Source: an uncultured Parabacteroides sp.
GTDB lineage: Bacteria > Bacteroidota > Bacteroidia > Bacteroidales > Tannerellaceae
Direction of reading: 5' to 3'
NCBI RefSeq assembly: GCF_905196875.1
Contig: NZ_CAJJWO010000003.1
Coordinates: 12,382 to 76,381, forward strand
DNA length: 64,000 nucleotides
Part shown: piece by piece, positions 9,291 to 19,030 of the stretch
How positions within the stretch are numbered: the first letter of the stretch is position 1
Layout of the letters: every line of letters starts with the position of its first letter
Notes under the pieces: generated by a model
Database searches by the model: none
Told to the model about the DNA's origin: nothing
The model's input: the letters and a program-made list of their open reading frames with translations, nothing else
Program-made: the position numbers and the translations under genes

Positions 9291-10991
9291 TTATTCTTTT
9301 TCTTCAGCAGGTTTTGATACCACTGCTTCTTCAGCCTTCTTCACCGCCTCGTTTATGTTTGAACATATATTATCGGCGCCGATCTTTTGATCGAAACCGG
9401 ATTTGATCAATACGCGACGCACATCTTCATTTACTCCCGAAAGGATCATGTGTATATTCTCGGCTTTCGACAAACGGAACAGGCTTTCGAGGTTATGCAG
9501 GCCTGTCGAATCCATGAACGGGACTTTGCGCATACGGATGATACGTACTTTGGGTTTATCGCCGATGACTTTCATCACATCGTCGAATTTGTTGGCTACA
9601 CCGAAGAAGAACGGGCCGTCGATTTCATACACTTCAACGCCTTTCGGTAAAGTCAGTACCTCTTCGTCATGATGGATCTCACCTTCGTCGGACAGGTCGA
9701 TTTCGTCTTTGGACACTGAAACATGCGTTGTTTCAGCTACCCGTTTCATAAACAGGAACATGGCGATCAACAAGCCTATCTCGATAGCGATCGTCAGGTC
9801 GAAGATCACGGTCAGGAAGAAGGTTACCAGTAAAACGGAAACATCGCTTTTCGGGTTCTTCATCAACGAACGGAACGTACGCCATTCGCTCATATTATAG
9901 GAAACGATGATCAGTACACCGGCCAGACAGGCCATAGGGATATGTTTGGTCAGCGGGCCCAAAAACAGCAGGATCAGCAACAGCACCACCGCATGGATAA
10001 TACCGGCAACAGGCGTACGGCCACCGTTATTAATGTTAGTCATCGTACGGGCGATAGCTCCGGTTACCGGAATACCTCCGAAAATAGGGACAATGATATT
10101 GGCTGCTCCCTGTGCGATCAGTTCGGTATTTGAGTTATGTTTATCACCTGTCACACCGTCCGCCACTGTTGCAGAAAGGAGCGATTCGATTGCCCCCAGC
10201 ATGGCAATTGTGAATGCGGAAGGAAGCAACAGGTTGATCGTTTCCATATTGAAAGAAATAGCTTCTGGTTGCGGGAGGGAAGCATTGATGGTAAAACGGT
10301 CGCCGATCGTTTCTATACCGGCTATACCCAAATGGTTACGCATGATATAAACGATGATTGTCATCACAATGATAGCGATCAGAGAACCCGGTATCTTTTT
10401 TGAGAACCTGGGTGAAACGGCAATAATAACAATACTGATAATTCCGATGACGAACGACCAGGGATTAATTGTCTGGAAATGTTCGAAGTAAGCAATCCAT
10501 TTCGAGATAAAGTCGGCCGGCACCTTTTCCATCGTCAGACCGAACAAGTCTTTCATCTGTGTGGTAAAGATAGTCAGCGCAATACCGCTGGTAAAACCGA
10601 CTACGATAGGATAAGGAATGAACTTGATGACCGTTCCCAGCTTTAAAGCTCCCATTACCACTAATATTATTCCGGCGATAACTGTCGCTATCGCCAGTCC
10701 TTCGATACCGAAACTTTGTATAATTCCGTATACGATGACAATGAAAGCTCCCGTCGGCCCGCCGATCTGCACGGAACTTCCTCCCAGAAGAGAAACGATA
10801 AACCCACCGATTATTGCCGTGATCAATCCCTTTTCCGGACTTACTCCCGAAGCAATACCGAATGCGATAGCCAGCGGAAGGGCTACGATACCCACGATGA
10901 TTCCCGCCATCAGATCGCTCATGAACTTTTCTCTGGAATAATTTTTCAGCGCCGATATAAGCTTGGGCTGAAAATCAAATCTACTTTTCAT
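9291..10991 (-). CDS. SulP/SLC26 anion permease with STAS domain
   Basis: DLMAGIIVGIVALPLAIAF, QIGGPTGA, GAIESLLSA, PVTGAIART; C-terminal STAS (IDGPFFFG, MDSTG). Confidence 0.95.
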   Translation of the reverse strand: MKSRFDFQPKLISALKNYSREKFMSDLMAGIIVGIVALPLAIAFGIASGVSPEKGLITAIIGGFIVSLLGGSSVQIGGPTGAFIVIVYGIIQSFGIEGLAIATVIAGIILVVMGALKLGTVIKFIPYPIVVGFTSGIALTIFTTQMKDLFGLTMEKVPADFISKWIAYFEHFQTINPWSFVIGIISIVIIAVSPRFSKKIPGSLIAIIVMTIIVYIMRNHLGIAGIETIGDRFTINASLPQPEAISFNMETINLLLPSAFTIAMLGAIESLLSATVADGVTGDKHNSNTELIAQGAANIIVPIFGGIPVTGAIARTMTNINNGGRTPVAGIIHAVVLLLILLFLGPLTKHIPMACLAGVLIIVSYNMSEWRTFRSLMKNPKSDVSVLLVTFFLTVIFDLTIAIEIGLLIAMFLFMKRVAETTHVSVSKDEIDLSDEGEIHHDEEVLTLPKGVEVYEIDGPFFFGVANKFDDVMKVIGDKPKVRIIRMRKVPFMDSTGLHNLESLFRLSKAENIHMILSGVNEDVRRVLIKSGFDQKIGADNICSNINEAVKKAEEAVVSKPAEEKE

Positions 10992-11020
10992 CTATCTGCC
11001 TAATGTGTTAAATTGTGGTG

Positions 11021-11028
11021 CAAAGATA
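11021..11028 (-). promoter_or_regulatory. -7 promoter element for sulP
   Basis: TATCTTTG on the minus strand, 30 nt upstream of the start codon. Confidence 0.6.
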
Positions 11029-11139
11029 CAATAATATTTATCGGGAAGTATAAATTATAGGGTATTTTGCAATGTCGACATTTCAAAATGGGATAAATGT
11101 GAATCCAGGCAGGCGAAAAAATCAAAACAGTATCTTTTA

Positions 11140-11205
11140 AACTGTTTCACCTAGGAGAAACAAGTGTTTCACTTAATAGAAACAACTGTTTCATATAGGT
11201 GAAAC
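11140..11205. repeat. 3 x 22-nt tandem palindromic repeat (GTTTC-N8-GAAAC)
   Basis: AACTGTTTCACCTAGGAGAAAC / AAGTGTTTCACTTAATAGAAAC / AACTGTTTCATATAGGTGAAAC. Confidence 0.85.
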
Positions 11206-11366
11206 AATTCGCTCGTTCTACAAAAGATATGGATAGATACGGTTTATTGTCCGATAGATATATTTTAAGTAAATGAATGAGTTAAAATGGTAAACAATTT
11301 CCTACTTTTGAGAGTTATTTGAATAGGGCGATTAGACAAACTCATTTTATATTACATATTAGCATT

Positions 11367-11945
11367 ATGGAAAAAAGTATTAAAGGTACACGTACAGAAC
11401 AGAATCTGCTTAAATCATTTGCCGGAGAGTCTCAGGCAAGAAGTCGTTACACATTCTTCGCAAGCGTTGCTAAAAAAGAAGGCTACGAACAAATTGCAGG
11501 TGTATTTATGGAAACAGCCGAGCAGGAAAAAGAACATGCAAAGCGTTTCTTTAAATTTCTGGAAGGCGGTATGGTTGAGATCACAGCTTCTTATCCTGCC
11601 GGAGTGATCAGCTCTACAATGGAAAATCTGGCTGAAGCTGCGGCCGGTGAAAATGAAGAGTGGGCTGACTTATATCCTGCATTCGCCGACATCGCAGAAG
11701 AAGAAGGTTTCAAACAAATCGCCGTTGCTTTCAGAATGATCGCAAAGGTAGAAGCTGAACACGAAAGACGTTATCGTAAACTGCTGGCTAACCTGGAAGA
11801 AGGAAAAGTATTCGAAAAGGATGAAGCTATCTTGTGGCAGTGTCGTAACTGCGGTTTCGTATTCGAAGGAAAGAAAGCTCCGGCTAAATGTCCGGCTTGC
11901 GAACATCCTCAGGCTTACTTCGAACCTATGAAGCAGAATTATTAA
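11367..11945 (+). CDS. rbr: Rubrerythrin
   Basis: [21 protein letters not shown] di-iron motifs; C-terminal rubredoxin CRNCG...CPAC. ATG at 11367 preferred over TTG at 11319. Confidence 0.95.
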   Translation: MEKSIKGTRTEQNLLKSFAGESQARSRYTFFASVAKKEGYEQIAGVFMETAEQEKEHAKRFFKFLEGGMVEITASYPAGVISSTMENLAEAAAGENEEWADLYPAFADIAEEEGFKQIAVAFRMIAKVEAEHERRYRKLLANLEEGKVFEKDEAILWQCRNCGFVFEGKKAPAKCPACEHPQAYFEPMKQNY

Positions 11946-11976
11946 AAAATTTTCCTTATCAGGATTTGATTTAAGG

Positions 11977-12015
11977 CGTTCCCATCCAATATATTTTGGT
12001 TGGGAACGTTTTTTT
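11977..12015 (+). terminator. Intrinsic terminator after rbr
   Basis: CGTTCCCATCCAA...TTGGTTGGGAACG followed by a T run. Confidence 0.8.
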
Positions 12016-12095
12016 ATTTGTATTGATACGAATAAAGTATATCTTTACCAGCATTTTATGATTTAATTCTAACTTTCTTCTGAACCTTTGACTGA

Positions 12096-12989
12096 ATGAG
12101 TATATCGATAAAGAACCTCAATAAGGTATATCCGAACGGAAACCATGCATTGAAAGATGTGAATCTGGAGATACCGACGGGAATGTTCGGACTGTTGGGT
12201 CCGAATGGTGCCGGAAAATCTACATTGATGCGTATTCTGGTTGCTTTGATGGAACCGACTTCGGGGCAGGTGGATATCTGTGGATACGATCTGCTCAGGC
12301 AGCGTAAAGAGATCAGAGGCATATTAGGTTATCTTCCGCAGGACTTCCGTTTCTTCGCAAAGTATAAAACACATGAGTTTCTGGATTATGCCGCCCGCTT
12401 GTCGGGTATGACCAACGGTAAACAAAGAAAGCAGGCGGTAGACGCTATGCTGGAAAATGTGGGGTTGTTCGATGTGCGCGAACGGTATGCGAATAAGCTG
12501 TCGGGCGGTATGAAGCGTCGTTTGGGAATAGCACAGGCACTGATCCATCATCCGAAAGTAATCATTGTCGACGAGCCGACTACCGGACTCGATCCGGAAG
12601 AGCGTATCCGTTTCCGTAACCTGCTTTCGGAAGTGAGCGAGAATGATGTAACGATTATCCTTTCTACCCATATCGTGGGAGACATATCCAGTACTTGTAA
12701 TTGTATGGCGCTGATGAACAAAGGGCAGGTTTCTTTTTACGGTTCACCGCAGGATATGCTGAAACAGGCGGAAGGGAAAGTATGGCGTATAAAAGTGACG
12801 AGCGACCAACTGCATGAGGTGGATAAGAAATATCCTGTAATCTCGACCATTCCTTCCGGTTCCGGTTGGGAAGTGCAGGTGGTGGCCGACGAGATCATAG
12901 GATATGAAGCGGAATCGTATCCTCCCAATCTGGAACATGCTTATGTATATTATATGGAGAATAAACTGAATCTTTGGACCAACGATTAG
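12096..12989 (+). CDS. ABC transporter ATP-binding protein (DrrA/ABC-2 type)
   Basis: Walker A GPNGAGKST, Q-loop LPQDF, signature LSGGM, Walker B IIVDEP, H-loop STH. Confidence 0.95.
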   Translation: MSISIKNLNKVYPNGNHALKDVNLEIPTGMFGLLGPNGAGKSTLMRILVALMEPTSGQVDICGYDLLRQRKEIRGILGYLPQDFRFFAKYKTHEFLDYAARLSGMTNGKQRKQAVDAMLENVGLFDVRERYANKLSGGMKRRLGIAQALIHHPKVIIVDEPTTGLDPEERIRFRNLLSEVSENDVTIILSTHIVGDISSTCNCMALMNKGQVSFYGSPQDMLKQAEGKVWRIKVTSDQLHEVDKKYPVISTIPSGSGWEVQVVADEIIGYEAESYPPNLEHAYVYYMENKLNLWTND

Positions 12990-13010
12990 CAACCTATTAA
13001 TTGACCCTCT

Positions 13011-16000
13011 ATGTCGTTTATCAACAATATACAATCGGTAGCAAAGTACGAAAGTAAAATTCTGATCCGGAGCTGGTTCTTTAAAGTGTTTACCATACTG
13101 GCCATTCTGATACTCGGATTCTTTGATTTTGCCATGCTGATCATGGAAGACTCCGGAGGATTCTGGTTGGTGAAAGCAATTCCGGCCAACCTTCCTTATC
13201 TGAACCTGCTCTTACTGAATACCGGACAGGCGGTGATCTGTATATTTCTTTCTTCGGAATTCCTGAAGAGGGATAAGAAGCTCGATACTTCGGAGGTGTT
13301 TTATGTCCGTCCCTTGAGCAATGCCGAATATGTGATCGGTAAGATATGGGGAAACCTGCGTGTTTTCCTGATCCTTAACCTTATCATCATGGGGATCGCT
13401 TTGCTGTTTAACTTTATGACTTCAGGAATGGCGGTAGATTGGATGGCGTATATTCTTTATTTCCTGTTGATAAGTATTCCGACGTTGGTCTTTATCATAG
13501 GGCTATCCATTTTCCTGATGCTTGTATTTAAGAATCAGGCACTTACCTTTATTGTCCTATTGGGATATATCGGCCTGACAATCTTTTATATTAGTGATAA
13601 ATTCTATTACTTATTCGATTATATGGCTTATAGCTTGCCGCTGGTAAAATCAACAATCGTCGGCTTTACCAATTGGGAGACAGTATTGAATCATCGGGCG
13701 ATCTATTTCTTTGCCGGCCTGGCCTTTATCTTCTTTACGATCTTTTTGTTCAGGCGTCTGCCTAATTCTTCACGCAGCAATTATCCGTGGTTGTTGCTTT
13801 CCCTTTGTATGCTGTCGATCAGTGGAGCCGCCGGCTATAAACATGTGCATTCCATATTGGTGGAGAGCGATATGCGTGCATTGTATACCGCTATCAATAA
13901 TAAATATGTGCATACCCCTAAAATGATTATAGACCGTTATGATATTTCATTCGAACAACTACCCGAAACATTCTCTTCGGAAGTGACAATGAAAGGAACG
14001 GCATTGGAACCTGCTTCTGTCTTTACTTTTTGTCTGAATCCGGGTTTGCAGGTGCAGGAAATAACACGGGGAGGGAAGAATTTGAATTTTGAGCGGGATA
14101 ATCAGATCTTGTTGGTCGATTTCGGTGAAAAGATCGTTCCTTCGGATACGGTTACTTTCTCTGTTAAATATGGTGGAAGAATAAACAGCCGGTTTTGCTA
14201 TCTGGATATTCCGGCCGAAGTATTGCAACAGGAATATAAGAATTTTCTGTTTAATATTGATAAACAGTATGTGTTCCAGACGCCGGATTATGTATTGTTT
14301 ACTCCCGAAACCTATTGGTATCCTCGTCCCGGTACGGCTTACAGTGATCTTAGTTCTGATTGGCAACAGACTTATTTCAGTAAGTTCGGGTTGCAGATAA
14401 AACCGCTTCCCGGCTTGGTTCCTGTATCGCAGGGAGAAAGTGTGAAAGAGGAAGACGGTAGCTATTCTTTTGCCGCGGAATATCCGGCACAGACGGTTTC
14501 GCTGATTATCGGTAAATATAAACAACAAACCCTGGAGTCTGACAGTACCTTATATAGTATCTGGCATATTGAAGGGAACGATTACTATACGGCTACTTTT
14601 GATTCGATCCGCGATACGATCCCTTCTTTTATTCATAATATCAGGGAGAATCTGGAGCGTACCTACAAACTGTCTTATCCGTTCAAACGCTTTTCTGTTG
14701 TAGAGGTTCCCGTGCAGTTCTCTACCTATCCCCGTGCTTGGTCGCAGGCACAGGAGGCTGTACAGCCGGAAATGGTTCTTTTTCCGGAAAAAGGTTGTGT
14801 ATTCGGACAGTTGGATGTCGACAGGGCCTGGAAGAACCAGCTTAAATGGTCGAAAAGGGGCGGTCGTGAAATTACCGAAGAAGAAGCAAAGATACGGGCA
14901 TTGAATAATTTTCTTTGGATATTTACCCGTTCGGAAGGGAATTATAACTTCTCATCCAGTGGTCGTGGAAATTATAATATCTCGTCACAAGCAAATCCCT
15001 ATTTCCTGTTTCCACAGTTATATAATTTCCGGTATAATATATTTTCTCCCGAATGGCCGATAGCGAATACTGCTATTGAACTGTACTTGCAAAAGAAGTC
15101 GGATAACTCGGGTTGGGAACGCGATATCAATGGTATCAGTAATAATGAGAAGGCAAGCCTGTTGATGGAGAAACAGACTTTTAAAGAACTTCTTACGGAT
15201 GTGGAATACCGTGACTTATTGAATAATATCATCGGTCTGAAGACATACCGGTTGTTTGCCGTACCCGAAATCAATATCGGAGTGGATGCTTTCAGGGATT
15301 CTCTTTATACATTGCTGGATCGGAATACGTTCCGGAATATCCAGTTTGAAAACTTATTGGATACGTTGGGGCAGGTGAGCCATGCAGATATTCGTTCAGG
15401 CTTTTCCGAGTGGGAACGTCCTACGCCTCTTCCTTATTATAGTGCTGAACGGTTTGAGGTAACTAAAGTGACAAACAGGGGAGAGGAGAATTTTGTGTTG
15501 AAAGTACAGATAAGTAATAATTCGGATTATGAAGGCATTGTCCATCTGGAAATACAGGGGGTACAACGAGGCGGTCAGAATCCGGATCCGCGTGCTAACC
15601 GTAAAATCGTTCTGGAACCGCATCAAACAAAACTGCTGATTTCCGTTTGGGAGAATGCTCCGAGGTATGTGATGGTCAATACCATGATCTCCGGAAATCT
15701 GCCGAGTGTGATCAGTCAGCAAATAGGAAATATAAAAGAAGAAAGAAGACGCGATGTGGATGTCGAAGGTGATTTTATCATTTCCGGTTCTTCACGTGAA
15801 AATACAGATGAAATCATTGTTGATAACGAGGATGATTCTCTATTCGTCCTATCTGAACCGGACGTAGTGGGATTGCTTCCTAAATGGTTGGATAAAGTGG
15901 AAGATACCTCCTTCAAATATTCCGGTGTTTCCGACTGGCGTCCGCCGTTACAATGGACGGCTACAACCAATAACAACTATTACGGTAAATACATCCGCTC

Positions 16001-16325
16001 TGCTTATGTGATAAAAAGCGGTAATGGAAGTCAGACAGCTACTTGGAAGGTCCCTATACCGGCCGAAGGACAATATGATCTTTATTATTATGTGAGCAAA
16101 AGCAATGAATTGCGGTATAATGACCGGATAGAAGGTGAATACCATTTCAAGGTAAGACAGGGAGAGGTGCCGGAAGATGCCTATATCAATCTGCGGAGAG
16201 CCAATGAAGGCTGGGAGCAGCTGGGTGTTTATTATTTCACGGCCGATACGGCTTATATTACCCTGACAAACGAGTGTAAACTAAAAAGTGTAGCGGCGGA
16301 TGCCGTTAAACTGGTCAAACGATAA
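13011..16325 (+). CDS. ABC-2-like membrane domain fused to an M1-aminopeptidase-like extracytoplasmic region and a golvesin/xanthan-lyase-like C-terminal beta domain
   Basis: N-terminal ~280 aa with 6-7 TMs and VAKYESKILIRS / RPLSNAEYVIGK ABC-2 hallmarks. LNPGLQV, PETYWYP and YPFKRFSVVEVP resemble M1-like regions. C-terminus IIVDNED...ATWKVPIP...GWEQLGVYYF...ADAVKLVK. Confidence 0.7.
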   Translation: MSFINNIQSVAKYESKILIRSWFFKVFTILAILILGFFDFAMLIMEDSGGFWLVKAIPANLPYLNLLLLNTGQAVICIFLSSEFLKRDKKLDTSEVFYVRPLSNAEYVIGKIWGNLRVFLILNLIIMGIALLFNFMTSGMAVDWMAYILYFLLISIPTLVFIIGLSIFLMLVFKNQALTFIVLLGYIGLTIFYISDKFYYLFDYMAYSLPLVKSTIVGFTNWETVLNHRAIYFFAGLAFIFFTIFLFRRLPNSSRSNYPWLLLSLCMLSISGAAGYKHVHSILVESDMRALYTAINNKYVHTPKMIIDRYDISFEQLPETFSSEVTMKGTALEPASVFTFCLNPGLQVQEITRGGKNLNFERDNQILLVDFGEKIVPSDTVTFSVKYGGRINSRFCYLDIPAEVLQQEYKNFLFNIDKQYVFQTPDYVLFTPETYWYPRPGTAYSDLSSDWQQTYFSKFGLQIKPLPGLVPVSQGESVKEEDGSYSFAAEYPAQTVSLIIGKYKQQTLESDSTLYSIWHIEGNDYYTATFDSIRDTIPSFIHNIRENLERTYKLSYPFKRFSVVEVPVQFSTYPRAWSQAQEAVQPEMVLFPEKGCVFGQLDVDRAWKNQLKWSKRGGREITEEEAKIRALNNFLWIFTRSEGNYNFSSSGRGNYNISSQANPYFLFPQLYNFRYNIFSPEWPIANTAIELYLQKKSDNSGWERDINGISNNEKASLLMEKQTFKELLTDVEYRDLLNNIIGLKTYRLFAVPEINIGVDAFRDSLYTLLDRNTFRNIQFENLLDTLGQVSHADIRSGFSEWERPTPLPYYSAERFEVTKVTNRGEENFVLKVQISNNSDYEGIVHLEIQGVQRGGQNPDPRANRKIVLEPHQTKLLISVWENAPRYVMVNTMISGNLPSVISQQIGNIKEERRRDVDVEGDFIISGSSRENTDEIIVDNEDDSLFVLSEPDVVGLLPKWLDKVEDTSFKYSGVSDWRPPLQWTATTNNNYYGKYIRSAYVIKSGNGSQTATWKVPIPAEGQYDLYYYVSKSNELRYNDRIEGEYHFKVRQGEVPEDAYINLRRANEGWEQLGVYYFTADTAYITLTNECKLKSVAADAVKLVKR

Positions 16326-16344
16326 TAATTAATATAATCTTAAT

Positions 16345-17841
16345 ATGCAAAGAGAGTTACTATTGATGAAAAAGATGATCCTGGCTATTGTAGTCCTGTT
16401 GGGAGTGCCTTTGGCAGCTCGCGGACAACTGTCTCTGACCATAGAGAAAGCATTGGACATAGCGGAAGAGAATAGTCCGACTCTGCGCCGTTCGCACATG
16501 AATCTGGAACGGTATCAGGAAACATTGGTAGCACAGCGGGCTTCCCTTAAATCGAAGTTCTCACTGAACCTGAATCCGGTCGATTACAACAAAAACCGCC
16601 GGTTCGATAACCGGCTGTCGCAGTGGTACACCAACGAGACATTCAGTTCGAGCGGTACATTCCGGGTAGACCAGCCTATTTTGTGGACAGATGGTGAAAT
16701 TTCTTTGATAAATACGTTTGGTTGGCAGGATAATAACTCGGATGTGGAGGGATCCAAGAACAGTAATAAGGCATTTAACAATAACCTGTACCTGCAACTT
16801 TCCCAACCTATCTTCACCTATAACAAACGGAAGATGGAACTGAAACAGATCGAATACGATTACGAGAATGCCAATATCAGTTATGCCCTGCAACGGCTGA
16901 ATACCGAAAAGGATATAACGAACCAGTTCTATAATGTCTATATGGCGCAGAGCCAACTGGCTATCACCCGCGAGGAACTGGTGAATGCCCAGCAAAGCTA
17001 TGACATCATCCGGAATAAGGTAGAAGCCGATCTGGCTGCCAAAGACGAACTCTTCCAGGCGGAACTCAACCTGGCTACAGCCCGTTCTTCGGTGGAGGAA
17101 CAACAAGTGTCGCTTGAAAATGCAAAGGATAAGTTAAAGCAGACATTGGGAATGAGTCTGAATGAAGACCTGATGGTGTTTGCCGAAATAGACATCAAAC
17201 CGATCGATGTAAATCTGCAACAAGCTATTTCACACGGCCTGGAATCGCGCCTTGAACTTCGCCAGCGTGAGATAGAGAGTGATGAACTGGGGTTTGAAAT
17301 GATTAAAACGAAGGCGCTGAACGAGTTCAAAGGAGATATTGCCGTCTCTTTCGGTCTGATCGGTGATAACCGTAACCTGAAGAATATCTATGATAATCCG
17401 ACACAGAACCCACGTGTCGCGATCAGCTTCTCTGTTCCCATCTTCGACTGGGGAGAAAAGAAAGCCCGCGTTCGTGCACAGAAAGTAGCACAAAAGATCA
17501 ATGAACTCGATTTTCATGAAGACAAGGTAGACATCGAATTGAATATCCGTCAGGTATGGCGTAGTCTGGAGAATCTGCGTACACAGATAAAGATTGCCGA
17601 ACAGAACGTAACGAATGCCCAGCTGACGTATGATCTGAACCTGACCCGCTACCGGGAAGGGGATCTGACTGGTATGGAAATGAGCCAGTTCCAGACACAG
17701 CTTTCCAATAAAAAGATCTCTTATACACAGGCCCTCATCAACTACAAGATCGAGTTGCTGAATCTTAAAATACTCTCGTTGTACGACTTCGAGCAGAATA
17801 CTCCTATCGTTCCTATGAAAGACTTAATATCAGAAAAATAA
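16345..17841 (+). CDS. TolC-family outer membrane channel
   Basis: Signal peptide; LTIEKALDIAEENSP; repeated coiled segments; FSVPIFDWG. Start may be at 16366. Confidence 0.9.
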   Translation: MQRELLLMKKMILAIVVLLGVPLAARGQLSLTIEKALDIAEENSPTLRRSHMNLERYQETLVAQRASLKSKFSLNLNPVDYNKNRRFDNRLSQWYTNETFSSSGTFRVDQPILWTDGEISLINTFGWQDNNSDVEGSKNSNKAFNNNLYLQLSQPIFTYNKRKMELKQIEYDYENANISYALQRLNTEKDITNQFYNVYMAQSQLAITREELVNAQQSYDIIRNKVEADLAAKDELFQAELNLATARSSVEEQQVSLENAKDKLKQTLGMSLNEDLMVFAEIDIKPIDVNLQQAISHGLESRLELRQREIESDELGFEMIKTKALNEFKGDIAVSFGLIGDNRNLKNIYDNPTQNPRVAISFSVPIFDWGEKKARVRAQKVAQKINELDFHEDKVDIELNIRQVWRSLENLRTQIKIAEQNVTNAQLTYDLNLTRYREGDLTGMEMSQFQTQLSNKKISYTQALINYKIELLNLKILSLYDFEQNTPIVPMKDLISEK

Positions 17842-17847
17842 TCAGTC

Positions 17848-18909
17848 ATGAAACAATATAGTCATACCCTCGCTACTCTTTTATTTGTAGCTGTAATAAC
17901 CACCGGTTGTAACAATCAACCGCAGAATGCTCCCAGTGATATTGCCACGCCGGTTTCTGTAACTGAACTGAAAAAAGGCTCTATCAGCAAACTGATCAAT
18001 ACGACCGGTACGGCACAGCCAACCTATGGTGTGGACCTCAATTCTGAAATGAGCGGTCTTTACAAACTTCAGACCAACCCAAAGACAGGCAAACCTTTCA
18101 AACTGGGCGATCTTGTATCCAAAGGACAGCTTATCATTCGCCTGGAGGATAAAGAATATGAGAACGGCATCGCTATCGATGCCAAAGAACTTAGTCTGGA
18201 AATAGCCGAGCAGGAACAAAACAAACAAAAAGCACTGTATGAAAAAGGCGGAGTAACACTCAGTGAAATGCGCAATACCGAAGTAAAGGTGACGAATGCC
18301 CGTTACGATCTGGAGAATGCAAAACTTAGTCTGGAAAAGATGAATGTAAAGGCTCCTTTCGACGGTGTGATCGTCAATCTTCCTCATTATACGGCGGATG
18401 TGCGGGTGGAACAGGGCAAGCCGATGGTTGGAATAATGGACTATGCCCGGATGTATATGGATGTCAACCTTCCGGAAAGTACTATCAGCTATGTGAAGGC
18501 GGATCAGCCGGTATATATCACTCATTATACGTTACCGGAAGATACGCTGAAAGCGGTGATCAGTGAACTGTCTCCGGCTATCAGTACCGAGACACGTACT
18601 TTCAAAGGTAAGGTACTGATCCAGAATAACGATCTGAAACTGCGTCCCGGAATGTTTGTCAAGGCCGATATCGTGGTAGACCGTGCCGACAGTGCTATTA
18701 TCATTCCGAAAGATGTGGTACAATCCAACCGTCGCCGTAAATATGTATTTATTGTGGATAAGAACACGGCTATTCTACGGAATATCCGTACAGGTTTGGA
18801 AGATGAAAACAATATCGAAGTTCTGGAAGGATTGAATGAAAATGACAACCTTGTGACTAAGGGCTTCGAGACTCTGAAGGAGAATAGCAAAGTGAAAGTA
18901 CAAAAATAA
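17848..18909 (+). CDS. RND periplasmic adaptor (membrane fusion protein), lipoprotein
   Basis: Lipobox TTGC; VKAPFDGVI, LRPGMFV, EVLEGLNEND. Confidence 0.92.
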   Translation: MKQYSHTLATLLFVAVITTGCNNQPQNAPSDIATPVSVTELKKGSISKLINTTGTAQPTYGVDLNSEMSGLYKLQTNPKTGKPFKLGDLVSKGQLIIRLEDKEYENGIAIDAKELSLEIAEQEQNKQKALYEKGGVTLSEMRNTEVKVTNARYDLENAKLSLEKMNVKAPFDGVIVNLPHYTADVRVEQGKPMVGIMDYARMYMDVNLPESTISYVKADQPVYITHYTLPEDTLKAVISELSPAISTETRTFKGKVLIQNNDLKLRPGMFVKADIVVDRADSAIIIPKDVVQSNRRRKYVFIVDKNTAILRNIRTGLEDENNIEVLEGLNENDNLVTKGFETLKENSKVKVQK

Positions 18910-19026
18910 TAATATGCCAATATGCTAATGTGGCGCTTCGCTAAATGTGCCAATCATCGGTGTATAATTGTCGCATTCTTATTGGCACATTGGCATATTG
19001 ACATATTGACAAATTAGCACATTATT
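18908..19026. repeat. Inverted arrays of 8-nt tandem repeats (RTGCYAAT / ATTRRCAY) forming a long hairpin
   Basis: Left: ATGCCAAT ATGCTAAT ... GTGCCAAT. Right: ATTGGCAC ATTGGCAT ATTGACAT ATTGACAA ATTAGCAC. Confidence 0.85.
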
Positions 19027-19030
19027 AATA

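Noticed and set aside
11140..11205. Mini-CRISPR, given the GTTTC...GAAAC ends
   Set aside because: Units are directly adjacent with no spacers; it is a 22-nt tandem repeat.
15800..16325. Calling 13011-16325 a xanthan lyase
   Set aside because: Only the small C-terminal accessory domain resembles that module; no polysaccharide lyase catalytic domain is evident.
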